A DNA stretch of 64,000 nt from positions 7,547-71,546 of the forward strand of contig DATFXL010000070.1 of the NCBI GenBank assembly GCA_035316025.1, in the 5' to 3' direction. The notes below the pieces were generated by a model that was not told where the DNA came from, did not search any database, and worked only from the letters and a program-made list of their open reading frames with translations. How positions within the stretch are numbered: position 1 is the stretch's first letter; every line of letters starts with the position of its first letter. Positions 9,185 to 18,770 of the stretch are shown piece by piece. The DNA is from Acidimicrobiia bacterium. Lineage in GTDB: Bacteria > Actinomycetota > Acidimicrobiia > IMCC26256 > JACDBD01. The translations under genes and the position numbers were made by a program.

Positions 9185-10062
9185 ACCACCAGCGCCACGA
9201 TCTCCCCGACGCCGTACACGATCGCGATCGAGCCGAGCCCGATCGCGACCGTCAAGCGCAGGCCTCGCTCACTGGAGCGGATCGCGAGGTGCGCGCCCAG
9301 CTGCGCACCCGGGATCACCGCGATCGCGAGCGGGATCGCGAACGCCCAGTCGATGTTGCCGAGCACTGCGTGGGTGATCATCCCGGGGATGGCCAACGCG
9401 CCGACGCACAGCAGCGACGTCGCCACCGACTCCTTCACGGTGAGCCGCACCCAGCTCGCGAACGCCGGCACCAGCAGCACGCCGCCTCCGATGCCGAGCA
9501 GGCCGCTGACGCCCCCGGCGGCCAGCCCGATCAGCCCGAGGCGCCAGACCTCGTCCCGGCGGGCCGCCGGCGACGACCGGTCCGGCTCCGGGTCGTGGGC
9601 GCGGGCGATGTCGACGGGCGGGGTGGCCAGGTCGCCGACCGGATCCTCGAAGTCGATGGCGGCGGGCGCGGGCTCCCGTGCCGGCGCCGAGCGGGGGGCC
9701 GCGCCCAGCCGGTACGCCGTGAACGCGAGCAGGGCGGCGGTGATGAGCATGAGGAGATGGCCGCCGCCGGGCACCGTACCCGCGAGCAGCGCCCCGCCGA
9801 CGGTCGCCGCCAGCCCCGCCGCCAGCGTCCAGCGTGCGACGCGGCCGACGATCAGCCCCTCACGCCGGTACCGCAGCGATCCACTCACCGCCGACGGGAC
9901 GATCGACGGGAGGGTCGATCCGACCGCCTCGAGCGGCGTCGCACCGAGGGCGCGGATCGCCGGCGTCGAGACCACGGCGCCGCCGACGCCGAACATGCCC
10001 GAGAGCACGCCCGTCGCCACGCCCGCGACCAGTGTCAGGATCGTGCTCCAGGGTTCCGACAT
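9181..10062 (-). CDS. TauE/SafE-family sulfite/anion exporter membrane protein
   Basis: 293 aa. Two Gly-rich 4-TM halves (GMFGVGGAVV, GLLGIGGGVLLVP) are joined by a Pro/Asp-rich loop. Confidence 0.75.
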   Translation of the reverse strand: MSEPWSTILTLVAGVATGVLSGMFGVGGAVVSTPAIRALGATPLEAVGSTLPSIVPSAVSGSLRYRREGLIVGRVARWTLAAGLAATVGGALLAGTVPGGGHLLMLITAALLAFTAYRLGAAPRSAPAREPAPAAIDFEDPVGDLATPPVDIARAHDPEPDRSSPAARRDEVWRLGLIGLAAGGVSGLLGIGGGVLLVPAFASWVRLTVKESVATSLLCVGALAIPGMITHAVLGNIDWAFAIPLAIAVIPGAQLGAHLAIRSSERGLRLTVAIGLGSIAIVYGVGEIVALVV

Positions 10063-10133
10063 CTGGTTTTGGAGGGTACCGGAGCGTCTTTCGACATCTC
10101 CGAAGAGAACGCGGCGGGGTAGCCTTCGACGCG

Positions 10134-11036
10134 ATGGCGACCGACGCGAACCTCCGCGGCGTCTACGTGCCGATTATCACGCCGTTCGCCGAGGACGGAT
10201 CAGTCGCAAGAGAAGCGCTCGAGCGCCTCTGCCGCGAGTACATCGACGCCGGCGCGGCAGGGATCGTCGCTCTGGGGACGACGGGCGAGTCGACCGCTCT
10301 TGACGCCGACGAGAAGCACGCGGTCATCGACACCTGTGCACGGGTCTGTTCGGAGCGGTCGGCCCAGCTGATCGTCGGCGCCGGCACCAACAACACGCGG
10401 ACCACGCGCCAGGCCGTGAAGGAGCTCCAAGGGACACCGGCGCTCGTCGCGACGTTGATCGTCGTCCCGTACTACGTGCGCCCGTCCGAGGGCGGCATCG
10501 TCGCCCACTTCCGGTCCGTTGCCGAGGTCAGCCCGGTGCCGCTCGTCGTCTACAACATCTCGGCCCGTACCGGGCGTCATCTCAGCGCGCAGAACATGCA
10601 CGAGCTCGCGCTCACACCGAACTTCGCCGGGGTGAAGCACGCGCCGACGTCGCTCGACGACGACACGCTGGAGCTCCTGCGGCGCACGAACGACGTCGAC
10701 GGCTTCGCCGTGCTCGGCGGCACCGACACGTTCCTGTTTCCGCTCGTCCTCATGGGCGGCGCCGGCACGATCTGCGCCAGCGCGCACGTCTGCACGGAGC
10801 GGTTCGTCGCCATGATCGAGTGCGGGCTCGCGGGCAAGGTCGACGAGGGGCGTGCCCACGCCGAGGCGCTGTTGCCCGTCACGCAGGCACTGTTCGCCGA
10901 GCCCAACCCGGCCGTGTTCAAGGGCGTGCTGCAGGCGCAGGGCCGGATCCCCACCGCGGACGTCCGCCTGCCGCTCCTCAACGCGACCCCCGACGCCGTC
11001 GAGCGTGCCCTCGGCGCGATCGCCGCCACGTCGTGA
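10134..11036 (+). CDS. Dihydrodipicolinate synthase/N-acetylneuraminate lyase family protein
   Basis: Starts at the internal ATG 10134 (MATDANLRGVYVPIITPF). Has GTTGES, VVYNISARTG and the Schiff-base Lys context FAGVKHA. The N-terminal 100 codons of the 9834 ORF are antisense to tauE and are rejected. Confidence 0.8.
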   Translation: MATDANLRGVYVPIITPFAEDGSVAREALERLCREYIDAGAAGIVALGTTGESTALDADEKHAVIDTCARVCSERSAQLIVGAGTNNTRTTRQAVKELQGTPALVATLIVVPYYVRPSEGGIVAHFRSVAEVSPVPLVVYNISARTGRHLSAQNMHELALTPNFAGVKHAPTSLDDDTLELLRRTNDVDGFAVLGGTDTFLFPLVLMGGAGTICASAHVCTERFVAMIECGLAGKVDEGRAHAEALLPVTQALFAEPNPAVFKGVLQAQGRIPTADVRLPLLNATPDAVERALGAIAATS

Positions 11037-11236
11037 CCCGCCGCGTCTCGATCCTCCTGCTCGCCGCCGGCGGGTGGACGCTGTTCGTCTGGGTCACCCG
11101 GCTCTTCAACATGGCGGGCGAGGATCGTTCCGTCGGCTTCTTCGTCGTCCATGGGTTGCTGGCGGTGATCTCGATCGCCTTCGGCCTCGCCCTCGGGGTC
11201 GTCGGATGGAAGGGCCTGCGGGCCCGCTCTGGCTGA
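11033..11236 (+). CDS. Small two-TM membrane protein (SCO4848-like)
   Basis: GTG at 11033 overlaps the dapA-like stop (GTGA). It encodes 67 aa with two hydrophobic helices (ILLLAAGGWTLFVWV, LLAVISIAFGLALGVVGW). Function unknown. Confidence 0.45.
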   Translation: MTRRVSILLLAAGGWTLFVWVTRLFNMAGEDRSVGFFVVHGLLAVISIAFGLALGVVGWKGLRARSG

Positions 11237-11252
11237 GACCTTCGTCACATTC

Positions 11253-11282
11253 GATACGAGACGGATGCGTTTCGTATCCGTC
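11253..11282. promoter_or_regulatory. Two interleaved inverted repeats upstream of the MFS pump (candidate TetR operator or hairpin)
   Basis: GATACGA (11253..11259) pairs with TCGTATC (11272..11278). GACGGAT (11260..11266) pairs with ATCCGTC (11276..11282). Locally AT-rich, about 50 nt upstream of the MFS start, and followed by TTGGTACCC (-10-like). Confidence 0.4.
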
Positions 11283-11331
11283 CGCGTTGGTACCCGGAGG
11301 AGCCACCCTCCTCGTCTCGAAAGGCCGGTCC

Positions 11332-12999
11332 ATGGGCGACAAGGTGCACCACCGGCGGTGGTGGATCCTCGGGGTCCTCTGTCTCAGCCTCCTCATCATC
11401 GTCGTCGACAACTCGATCCTGAATGTGGCCCTGCCCACGCTGGCCCGGCCCGAGAGCCAGGGCGGGCTCGACGCCACGACGAGCCAGCTGCAGTGGATGG
11501 TCGACGCGTACACGCTCGTGTTCGCGGGCCTGCTGTTGACTGCCGGGAGCCTCGGCGACCGCTTCGGACGGCGGGGCGCACTGCAGGTGGGCCTGAGCGT
11601 GTTCGGCCTCGGATCATTGCTGTCGGCGATGTCCTCCTCGCCGGGTCAGCTGATCGCCTCCCGTGCGGTCATGGGCATCGGCGGCGCGTTCATCATGCCG
11701 GGCACCCTGTCGCTGATCACGAGCGTCTTCGAGGGGAAGGAGCGCGGCCGCGCCATCGCCATCTGGGCCGGCGTGGCCGGGCTGGCCGTCGCGATCGGTC
11801 CCGTGACCGGCGGCTTCTTGCTCGAGCACTTCTACTGGGGATCGGTCTTCCTCGTGAACCTGCCGATCGTCGCCATCGCGCTCGCCGCCGGCGTGCTCAT
11901 CATGCCGACATCGAAGGACCCGACCGCGCCGAGGCTCGATCTCGTGGGCGCGGGGCTGTCGATCGCCGGTCTGGTCTCGCTCGTGTACGCGTTCATCGAG
12001 GCGCCGACCGAGGGTTGGGGCGACACGAAGATCCTCGGCGCACTCGGGATCGCGGCCGTGCTGCTTGTCTTGTTCTTCTCCTGGGAGCGTCGCAGCACCC
12101 ACCCCATGCTGGACCTGAACTTCTTCAGGAACCCCCGGTTCACGAGCGCGAGCGCCAGCATCTCGATCCTGTTCTTCGCGATGTTCGGCGCGATCTTCCT
12201 GCTGACGCAGTACTTCCAGTTCGTGCTGGCCTACTCGCCGCTGAAAGCGGGGGTCAGTCTTCTTCCGCTCGCGCTGACGATGATGGTGGTGGCGCCGCTC
12301 AGCGCGCGGATCGTCGAACGGATCGGGACCAAAGTGGTCGTGGGAACAGGGATGTTCCTCGCCGGGCTCGGAGTGCTGTCGTTCGTGCAACTCGACGCCT
12401 CGACCGGCTACGGGAACATCTTCTGGCGTCTCATGCTCATGGCCGTCGGGATGGGTCTGACGATGGCGCCGGCCACCGAGTCGATCATGGGGTCGCTGCC
12501 ACTCGCGAAGGCCGGCGTCGGCTCGGCCGTGAACGACACGACGCGCCAGGTCGGTGGCGCGCTGGGTGTCGCGATCATCGGCAGCGTGCTGGCGTCGACG
12601 TACGGGTCCAAGGTCGGTGACGCCGTCGCCGGGCAGCGGCTCCCGGGCGGCGTCGCCAACGAGGCCAAGAACTCGCTCGGGTTCGCGCTCGAGACCGCCG
12701 GCCGCCTGGGCGGACCGGCCGGTCAGGCCCTTGCCGACACCGCCCGCACGGCGTTCGTCGACGGGATGCACCAGGGCTACCTCGTCGGCGCGGCGGCACT
12801 GTTCGTCGGGGCCATCGCCGCGCTCATCTGGCTCCCGGCCCGGGCTCGCCGGCCCGTCGAGGCACTCGAGGCCGAGTACGAGGCCGAGCACCCGAGCCCG
12901 CCCGAAGGGGCACGGGACGAGACGCCCGTGCCGGTCGACGGGCGCGGCGGTGCCGTGAAGCCCGCCTACGTGCCGGTCGACGGACCGGAGCGGAGATGA
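11332..12999 (+). CDS. MFS transporter, DHA2 (EmrB/QacA, 14-TMS) drug-efflux type
   Basis: Starts at ATG 11332 (MGDKVHHRRWWILGVL). Has motif A GSLGDRFGRRGA, many TM segments, and a hydrophilic C-terminal tail. Its end overlaps the downstream TetR start by 4 nt. Confidence 0.85.
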   Translation: MGDKVHHRRWWILGVLCLSLLIIVVDNSILNVALPTLARPESQGGLDATTSQLQWMVDAYTLVFAGLLLTAGSLGDRFGRRGALQVGLSVFGLGSLLSAMSSSPGQLIASRAVMGIGGAFIMPGTLSLITSVFEGKERGRAIAIWAGVAGLAVAIGPVTGGFLLEHFYWGSVFLVNLPIVAIALAAGVLIMPTSKDPTAPRLDLVGAGLSIAGLVSLVYAFIEAPTEGWGDTKILGALGIAAVLLVLFFSWERRSTHPMLDLNFFRNPRFTSASASISILFFAMFGAIFLLTQYFQFVLAYSPLKAGVSLLPLALTMMVVAPLSARIVERIGTKVVVGTGMFLAGLGVLSFVQLDASTGYGNIFWRLMLMAVGMGLTMAPATESIMGSLPLAKAGVGSAVNDTTRQVGGALGVAIIGSVLASTYGSKVGDAVAGQRLPGGVANEAKNSLGFALETAGRLGGPAGQALADTARTAFVDGMHQGYLVGAAALFVGAIAALIWLPARARRPVEALEAEYEAEHPSPPEGARDETPVPVDGRGGAVKPAYVPVDGPERR

Positions 13000-13607
13000 G
13001 CGACGCCGTCGTCGAGGAGGCGGCGCCCGAGCGCCCGCGGGGTCGCCCCCGTTCGGCGATCGCAGACCAGGCCATCCGGGACGCGGCCGTCGACCTGTTC
13101 GCCGAACGAGGGTTCGATGGGTTCAGCGTCGAGGACGTCGCCGAGCACGCTGGCGTGAGCAAGGCGACGGTGTACCGGCGGTATCCCTCGAAGGTCGACC
13201 TCGTGGTCGAGGCCGGCAGTTGCATGGCCACGGAAGCGGTCAGCTTCCCCGACACGGGGAACCTGCGCGACGACGTACGCGGTCTCGCCCGCTCATTGGT
13301 CGGGAAGTTCCGGAACAGCCCGGCCGGGCGGGTGATGCCGGCGATGACGTTCGAGCGCCGCCGCAACCCCGAGCTCGACGACCGCTTCCGGAGTTTCCTC
13401 GCCGACCGCAAGGCGCGGACGCGCGAGGTGCTGCAGCGAGGCATCGAACGGGGCGAGCTGCCGCCCGATACGGACGTCGCCCTGATGGGCAGCATGATCG
13501 TCGGGCCGATCTTCCACCGGCTCATGATCACGCAAGAGCCCCTGAGCGACGCCTTCGTCGACGCGCTCGTCGACGCATTGCTGCGGGGGTTCGGCGCACA
13601 GACCTAG
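12996..13607 (+). CDS. TetR/AcrR-family transcriptional regulator
   Basis: N-terminal [35 protein letters not shown]. Translationally coupled to the MFS pump. Confidence 0.85.
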   Translation: MSDAVVEEAAPERPRGRPRSAIADQAIRDAAVDLFAERGFDGFSVEDVAEHAGVSKATVYRRYPSKVDLVVEAGSCMATEAVSFPDTGNLRDDVRGLARSLVGKFRNSPAGRVMPAMTFERRRNPELDDRFRSFLADRKARTREVLQRGIERGELPPDTDVALMGSMIVGPIFHRLMITQEPLSDAFVDALVDALLRGFGAQT

Positions 13608-13639
13608 CTGGCGGTCTCGGCCTCCTCGTCGGGCACCGC

Positions 13640-13657
13640 GGCAACGGCGGCGTTGCC
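13640..13657. terminator. GC hairpin between convergent genes (possible bidirectional terminator)
   Basis: GGCAACG-GCGG-CGTTGCC (7-bp stem, 4-nt loop) lies in the 88-nt gap between the TetR stop (13607) and the kgd stop (13696). There is no U-tract. Confidence 0.3.
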
Positions 13658-13695
13658 GGCGTGCCGCAGGAGCCGGAGCTGGCGACGGCGACCCG

Positions 13696-16600
13696 CTAGT
13701 CGACGAGTCCCTCGAAGGCGGCGGCGAGCAGCTGCTCCTGCTCTCGCTCGTGGATCGTCTGGCTGCCCGTTGCGGGACTCGCGCTGGCCGCGCGTGCGAC
13801 GTGCCGCAGCTCGGCCCGATCGCGCAGCGAGCGCGCGAGTCGGGCGTGCGCGAAGTTCCAGGCGCCCATGTTGGCCGGCTCCTCCTGCACCCACCAGACC
13901 TCTCGTGTCTTCGGGTACCCGGCGACCGCGGCGAGGATCTCCTCATCCGGCCACGGGTACAGCTGCTCGACTCGGACGACGGCGGCGGGCGCGCCGAGCT
14001 CGTCGCGCTTGTCCATGAGCTCGTGCCCGATCTTTCCCGTGCACAGCAAGACGCGACGCACGGCGTCACGGTCGAGCTCGGCGCGGTCGTCGAGGGCGAG
14101 CCGGAAGCTCCCGGACGTGAAGTCCGCCACACGCGAACGCGACTGCGGCATGCGCAGATACCGCTTCGGCGTGAAACAGATCAGCGGCACGCGGCGAGTA
14201 GACAGCGCCTGGCGTCGCAGCACGTGGAAGTACTGCGCGGCCGTGGACGGGTACACGACGCGCTGGTTGTCCTCCGCGCTCATGTCGAGGAACCGCTCCA
14301 TGCGCGCGCTCGAGTGCTCAGGTCCCTGGCCTTCGAAGGCGTGGGGGAGGAGCAGACCGACACTGCTCGACTGGCCCCACTTGTCCTCGGCCGCGGAGAT
14401 GAACTGGTCGATGACGATCTGAGCGCCGTTGACGAAGTCGCCGAACTGCGCCTCCCACAGGACCAGGGCGTCCGCGTACTCGACCGAGTAGCCGTACTCG
14501 AAGCCGAGAGCGGCGAACTCGGACAGCACCGAGTCGTACAACATGAACGGCGCCTGGTCCTCGGAGAGGTGCGCCAGCGGGACGTACTCGGCCTCGGTGC
14601 GCTGGTCGATGAGGACGCCGTGCCGCTGGCTGAACGTGCCTCGCCGCGTGTCCTGGCCGGCGAGGCGCACCGGCGTGCCCTCCAGGACCAGCGACCCGAA
14701 CGCGAACGTCTCGGCGAGCGACCAGTCGACCTCGTCCTTCTCGAAAGCGACGCGGTGGGCCTGCAGGATTCGGTCGAGCTTCGGGTGCACGTTGAAGCCC
14801 TCGGGACGCGAGGTGAGGCCGTCGACGACGCGATCGAGCACCGAGCGGTCGACGGCGGTCGCCACGCGGGCCGAGGGGTCGGCTTGTGGCGTGGCGAGGC
14901 GGGGCTCGCTCGGCGCGTCGGGCGTTGCGGCTCGGCTCGGGTCGGGCGGCGCGCTCTTGTGCGTCTCGCTGAACGCGGCGTCGAGGCGGGACTTGAAGTC
15001 CTCGCTCACCGCGGCGGCCTCGTCGGCTGTCATGTCGCCTTCCCGCACCAGGGTGTCCACGTAACGAGTGCGCGGCGACGGGTGGCTCTGGATGAGCTCG
15101 TACATGCGCGGCTGCGTGAACGCGGGCTCGTCGGCCTCGTTGTGGCCGTAGCGCCGGTAGCAGATCATGTCGACGACGACGTCCTTGCGGAACGTCTGCC
15201 GGAACGCGAACGCCAGGCGCATCACTCGGACACACGCCTCGGGGTCGTCGCCGTTCACGTGGAAGATCGGCGCCTGCACCATCTTGGCGACGTCGGTCGC
15301 GTACACCGCCGAGCGGCCGATCTCCGGCGCCGTCGTGAACCCGAGCTGGTTGTTCACGACCAGGTGCACAGTGCCGCCGACGTCGTAGCCCGGCACCTCC
15401 GAGAGGTTGAGCGTCTCCGCAACGACGCCCTGGCCCGCGAAGGCGGCGTCGCCGTGGAGCAGCACCGGGAGCACCTTGCGGCGCTCCTCGTCGCCCTTCT
15501 GGTCCTCGTCGGCGCGGGCCATCCCTTCGACGACGGGGTCGACGGCCTCGAGGTGGCTCGGGTTCGACGCCAGGGTCACCACGATCTCGTTGCCGGCGGG
15601 CGACGCATGCTTTCCCGTCGCGCCCAGGTGGTACTTGACGTCACCCGATCCCTGCGCCGACATCGGGTCGAGCTCGCCCTCGAACTCCCGAAAGATCTGC
15701 GAGTACGACTTGCCGACGACGTTCGTCAGCACGTTGAGGCGGCCGCGGTGCGGCATGCCGAGGATCGCGGCCTCGACGCCGTCGTCCGCCGCCGCCGACA
15801 GCAGGGCGTCGAGCATCGGGATCGTGCTCTCGGCGCCCTCGAGGCTGTAGCGCTTGTGACCGAGGTACTTCGTGTGCAGGAAGCGCTCGAAGGCCTCGGC
15901 GGCCACCAGACGCTCGAGGATCCGACCCTTCTCGTCGCGGCTCGGATCCCACACGACGCCTTCCACGTGCTCCTGGATCCACGCCTTCTGGTCGGGCTCC
16001 TGGATGTGCATGTACTCGACACCGATCGTCCGGGCGTACGCGTCGCGGAGCACGCCGAGGATGTCGCGCAGCGTCATCGTGGACTCGCCGGCGAGGCCAC
16101 CGGTCGGGAACTCGCGGTCGAGGTCCCAGATCGTCAGGTCGTAGTGGTTGATGTCGAGCTCGGGGTGGGTCTGCGGCTCCTTGGTGCCGAGCGGATCGAG
16201 ATTGGCGATGAGGTGGCCGCGCACCCGGTACATGTTGATGAGCTGCTGGACGCCGACCGCCTTGTCGGTCGACGCCAGCGCCTCTGGCTCGGTCGTGCCC
16301 ACCGGGCTGACGTCCACACTCCAACGCGCCGGCTCGTACGGCACCTCGTAGCTCTGGAAGATGTGGTCGTAGAACTCGTCGTTGCCCAGGAGGAGGTCGT
16401 GCACGACGGCGAGGAACCGCCCGCTCTCGGCGCCCTGGATGACGCGGTGGTCGTAGGTGCTCGTCAAGGTGATCGTCTTGCTGACGCCGAGCTGCGCGAT
16501 CGTCCGCGGGTCGGCGCCCTCGTACTCGGCCGGGAACGCGATCGCCCCGACCCCGACGATGAACCCCTGGCCGGGCATCAGCCGAGGCACCGAGTGCATC

Positions 16601-17337
16601 GTGCCGATCGTGCCCGGGTTCGTGATCGTGCCCGTCGTGCCGGCGAAGTCCTCGACGGAGAGCTTGCCCGAGCGGACCTTGCCGATCGCCTCTTCGTAGG
16701 CGTCGTGGAACGCCTTGAAGTCGAGCACGTCGGCGCCCTTCACGTTGGGCACGAGCAAGGTGCGTGAACCGTCGCTCCGCTCGACGTCGACGGCGAGGCC
16801 GAGGTTCACGTGCTCGTGACGCACGACGCTCGGCTGCCCGTCGACGGCCTCGAACGACGAGTTCATGACGGGAACCTGCTCCAGCGCCTTCAGCACGGCG
16901 TAGGAGATGAGGTGGGTGAAGCTCACCTTGGCCCCGCCGGTGCGGGCGAGGTGGTTGTTGAGGATCTGCCGGTTGATCTCGAGCAACTTGGCGGGGACGG
17001 TGCGGACCGACGTCGCCGTCGGGACGCCGAGGGACCTCTCCATGTTCTCGACGATCCGGGCGGTGGCCCCCCGAAGCGGGACGGGGCGGTCGCCGTCGGT
17101 CGCCGCCGGCGCCGGCTCGGGGACGGGCGCCTGTGGGGCCTGCGGCCGGTACTCCGTGGCGGGTGCCGGGCGGGGCGGAGCGGACTGGGTGGTGGGGGCG
17201 GGCGCGCCGTCCTCCCGGTGGTCGAAGAACTCGCGCCACTCGTCGGACACCGAGTCCGGATTCTCGACGTACTGGCCGTACATCTCCTCCGCCAACCCGG
17301 AGTTGGGGCCCAGGTCCTCGAACTCGTTCTCTGCCAT
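13696..17337 (-). CDS. kgd: Multifunctional 2-oxoglutarate decarboxylase/dehydrogenase E1 with fused E2-like acyltransferase domain
   Basis: 1213 aa. The N-terminal third carries the E2 catalytic motif (TSTYDHRVIQGAESGRF). The remainder is an E1o ThDP enzyme (GMPHRGRLNVL, LHGDAAFAGQG, YRRYGHNEADEP). Confidence 0.92.
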   Translation of the reverse strand: MAENEFEDLGPNSGLAEEMYGQYVENPDSVSDEWREFFDHREDGAPAPTTQSAPPRPAPATEYRPQAPQAPVPEPAPAATDGDRPVPLRGATARIVENMERSLGVPTATSVRTVPAKLLEINRQILNNHLARTGGAKVSFTHLISYAVLKALEQVPVMNSSFEAVDGQPSVVRHEHVNLGLAVDVERSDGSRTLLVPNVKGADVLDFKAFHDAYEEAIGKVRSGKLSVEDFAGTTGTITNPGTIGTMHSVPRLMPGQGFIVGVGAIAFPAEYEGADPRTIAQLGVSKTITLTSTYDHRVIQGAESGRFLAVVHDLLLGNDEFYDHIFQSYEVPYEPARWSVDVSPVGTTEPEALASTDKAVGVQQLINMYRVRGHLIANLDPLGTKEPQTHPELDINHYDLTIWDLDREFPTGGLAGESTMTLRDILGVLRDAYARTIGVEYMHIQEPDQKAWIQEHVEGVVWDPSRDEKGRILERLVAAEAFERFLHTKYLGHKRYSLEGAESTIPMLDALLSAAADDGVEAAILGMPHRGRLNVLTNVVGKSYSQIFREFEGELDPMSAQGSGDVKYHLGATGKHASPAGNEIVVTLASNPSHLEAVDPVVEGMARADEDQKGDEERRKVLPVLLHGDAAFAGQGVVAETLNLSEVPGYDVGGTVHLVVNNQLGFTTAPEIGRSAVYATDVAKMVQAPIFHVNGDDPEACVRVMRLAFAFRQTFRKDVVVDMICYRRYGHNEADEPAFTQPRMYELIQSHPSPRTRYVDTLVREGDMTADEAAAVSEDFKSRLDAAFSETHKSAPPDPSRAATPDAPSEPRLATPQADPSARVATAVDRSVLDRVVDGLTSRPEGFNVHPKLDRILQAHRVAFEKDEVDWSLAETFAFGSLVLEGTPVRLAGQDTRRGTFSQRHGVLIDQRTEAEYVPLAHLSEDQAPFMLYDSVLSEFAALGFEYGYSVEYADALVLWEAQFGDFVNGAQIVIDQFISAAEDKWGQSSSVGLLLPHAFEGQGPEHSSARMERFLDMSAEDNQRVVYPSTAAQYFHVLRRQALSTRRVPLICFTPKRYLRMPQSRSRVADFTSGSFRLALDDRAELDRDAVRRVLLCTGKIGHELMDKRDELGAPAAVVRVEQLYPWPDEEILAAVAGYPKTREVWWVQEEPANMGAWNFAHARLARSLRDRAELRHVARAASASPATGSQTIHEREQEQLLAAAFEGLVD

Positions 17338-17387
17338 CGCTCCTCCCGAAGGGGCGCCTCCCTGGCGTCCCCGCCGCCCCTTGTGGC

Positions 17388-18770
17388 TCAGCGGCGCACC
17401 AGCTCGGCGACCTGGAAGGCCAGGTCGAGCGACTGGCGGGCGTTCAACCGCGGGTCACACATCGTCTCGTAGCGGTGCTCGAGGTGGTCACCGAGGACCT
17501 CCTCGGTGCCGCCGAGGCACTCGGTGACGTTCTCGCCGGTGAGCTCGACGTGGACGCCCCCGGGCCACACGCCAGCGGCGTCGCAAGCGGCGAAGAAGCC
17601 GCGCAGCTCGTGCATGACGTCCTCGAAGCGCCGAGTCTTATAACCGCTGTCGTGCACGAACGTGTTCCCGTGCATCGGATCGCACGCCCACACGACGGGA
17701 TGGCCGGACATGCGCACCGCCCGCAGGAGGGGCGGGAGCCGCTCCTCGACCCCCTCGGCGCCCATCCGGCTGTACAGGACGAGGCGTCCCGGCGTGCGGG
17801 CAGGGTCCAGGCGCTCGCAGAGGGTCAGCACGTCCTGGGGTGACGCCTCGGGCCCGAGCTTGACCCCTACGGGGTTCTCGACGCCGGAGAGGAACTCGAC
17901 GTGGGCGGCGCCGGGCTGGCGGGTGCGCTCGCCCGCCCACAGCAAGTGCGCCGAGCAGTCGTACCAGCGTCCGGTCAGGCTGTCCCGCCGGGTCAGCTCC
18001 TCCTCGTACTCGAGGAGGAGGGCCTCGTGAGCGGTGAAGAAGTCGACCTGATGGAGCTGGACCTCGGCGTCGAGGTCGATCCCGCACGCGGCCATGAAGC
18101 GCAACGCCCGGTCGATCTCCTTGGCGAGCGCCTCGTACCGCCGGCCCTCCCGGCTGGTCGCGACGTACTCGAGGTTCCACTGATGCACGCGGCCGAGGTC
18201 GGCGTAACCGCCCTTCGTGAACGCCCGGAGGAGGTTCAAGGTCGCGGCCGACTGGTGGTAGCTGCGCACCATTCTTCGCGGGTCGGGCGTGCGAGCGACC
18301 GGGTCGAACGCGAAGTCGTTGACGATGTCGCCTCGGAAGGACGGCAGCTCGATGCCGTCGCGGGTCTCGGTAGGCGCGGTGCGGGGTTTGGCGAACTGAC
18401 CGGCGATGCGGCCGACCTTCACGGTCGGGACGCCCGTGCTGTAGGTGAGCACGACCGCCATCTGCAGAATGATCTTGAGCTTGTCGCGGATGGTGTCGGC
18501 CGAGAAGGCGTCGAAGGATTCGGCACAGTCACCCGCCTGCAGGAGGAACGCCTTGCCCTCGGCCACGTCCGCGAGCGACTCGCGTAGCTGGCGCGCCTCG
18601 CCGGCGAACACGAGCGGGGGCTGGCGACGGAGGTCCTCCCGCGCCGCGTCGAGCGCGGTGGCGTCGGGCCAGGCGAACCGCTGGTCGGCGGGTCGGGCGC
18701 GCCAGCCGTCCGGCGTCCACGACGAGCCGAACATCCGCGGTGGCTCGGACGCGGCGAGCGGATCCTGCAT
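17388..18770 (-). CDS. aroG: 3-deoxy-7-phosphoheptulonate (DAHP) synthase, class II
   Basis: 460 aa with class II (plant/actinobacterial type) signatures: LLQAGDCAESF, RIAGQFAKPR, WACDPMHGNT. Confidence 0.9.
   Translation of the reverse strand: MQDPLAASEPPRMFGSSWTPDGWRARPADQRFAWPDATALDAAREDLRRQPPLVFAGEARQLRESLADVAEGKAFLLQAGDCAESFDAFSADTIRDKLKIILQMAVVLTYSTGVPTVKVGRIAGQFAKPRTAPTETRDGIELPSFRGDIVNDFAFDPVARTPDPRRMVRSYHQSAATLNLLRAFTKGGYADLGRVHQWNLEYVATSREGRRYEALAKEIDRALRFMAACGIDLDAEVQLHQVDFFTAHEALLLEYEEELTRRDSLTGRWYDCSAHLLWAGERTRQPGAAHVEFLSGVENPVGVKLGPEASPQDVLTLCERLDPARTPGRLVLYSRMGAEGVEERLPPLLRAVRMSGHPVVWACDPMHGNTFVHDSGYKTRRFEDVMHELRGFFAACDAAGVWPGGVHVELTGENVTECLGGTEEVLGDHLEHRYETMCDPRLNARQSLDLAFQVAELVRR

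Noticed and set aside
13750-16767. 1005-aa ORF on the + strand
   Set aside because: It is fully antisense to kgd, whose product has unmistakable E1o/E2 motifs. The antisense translation is Arg/Ala/Gly/Val-rich low complexity, typical of stop-poor frames in very GC-rich DNA.
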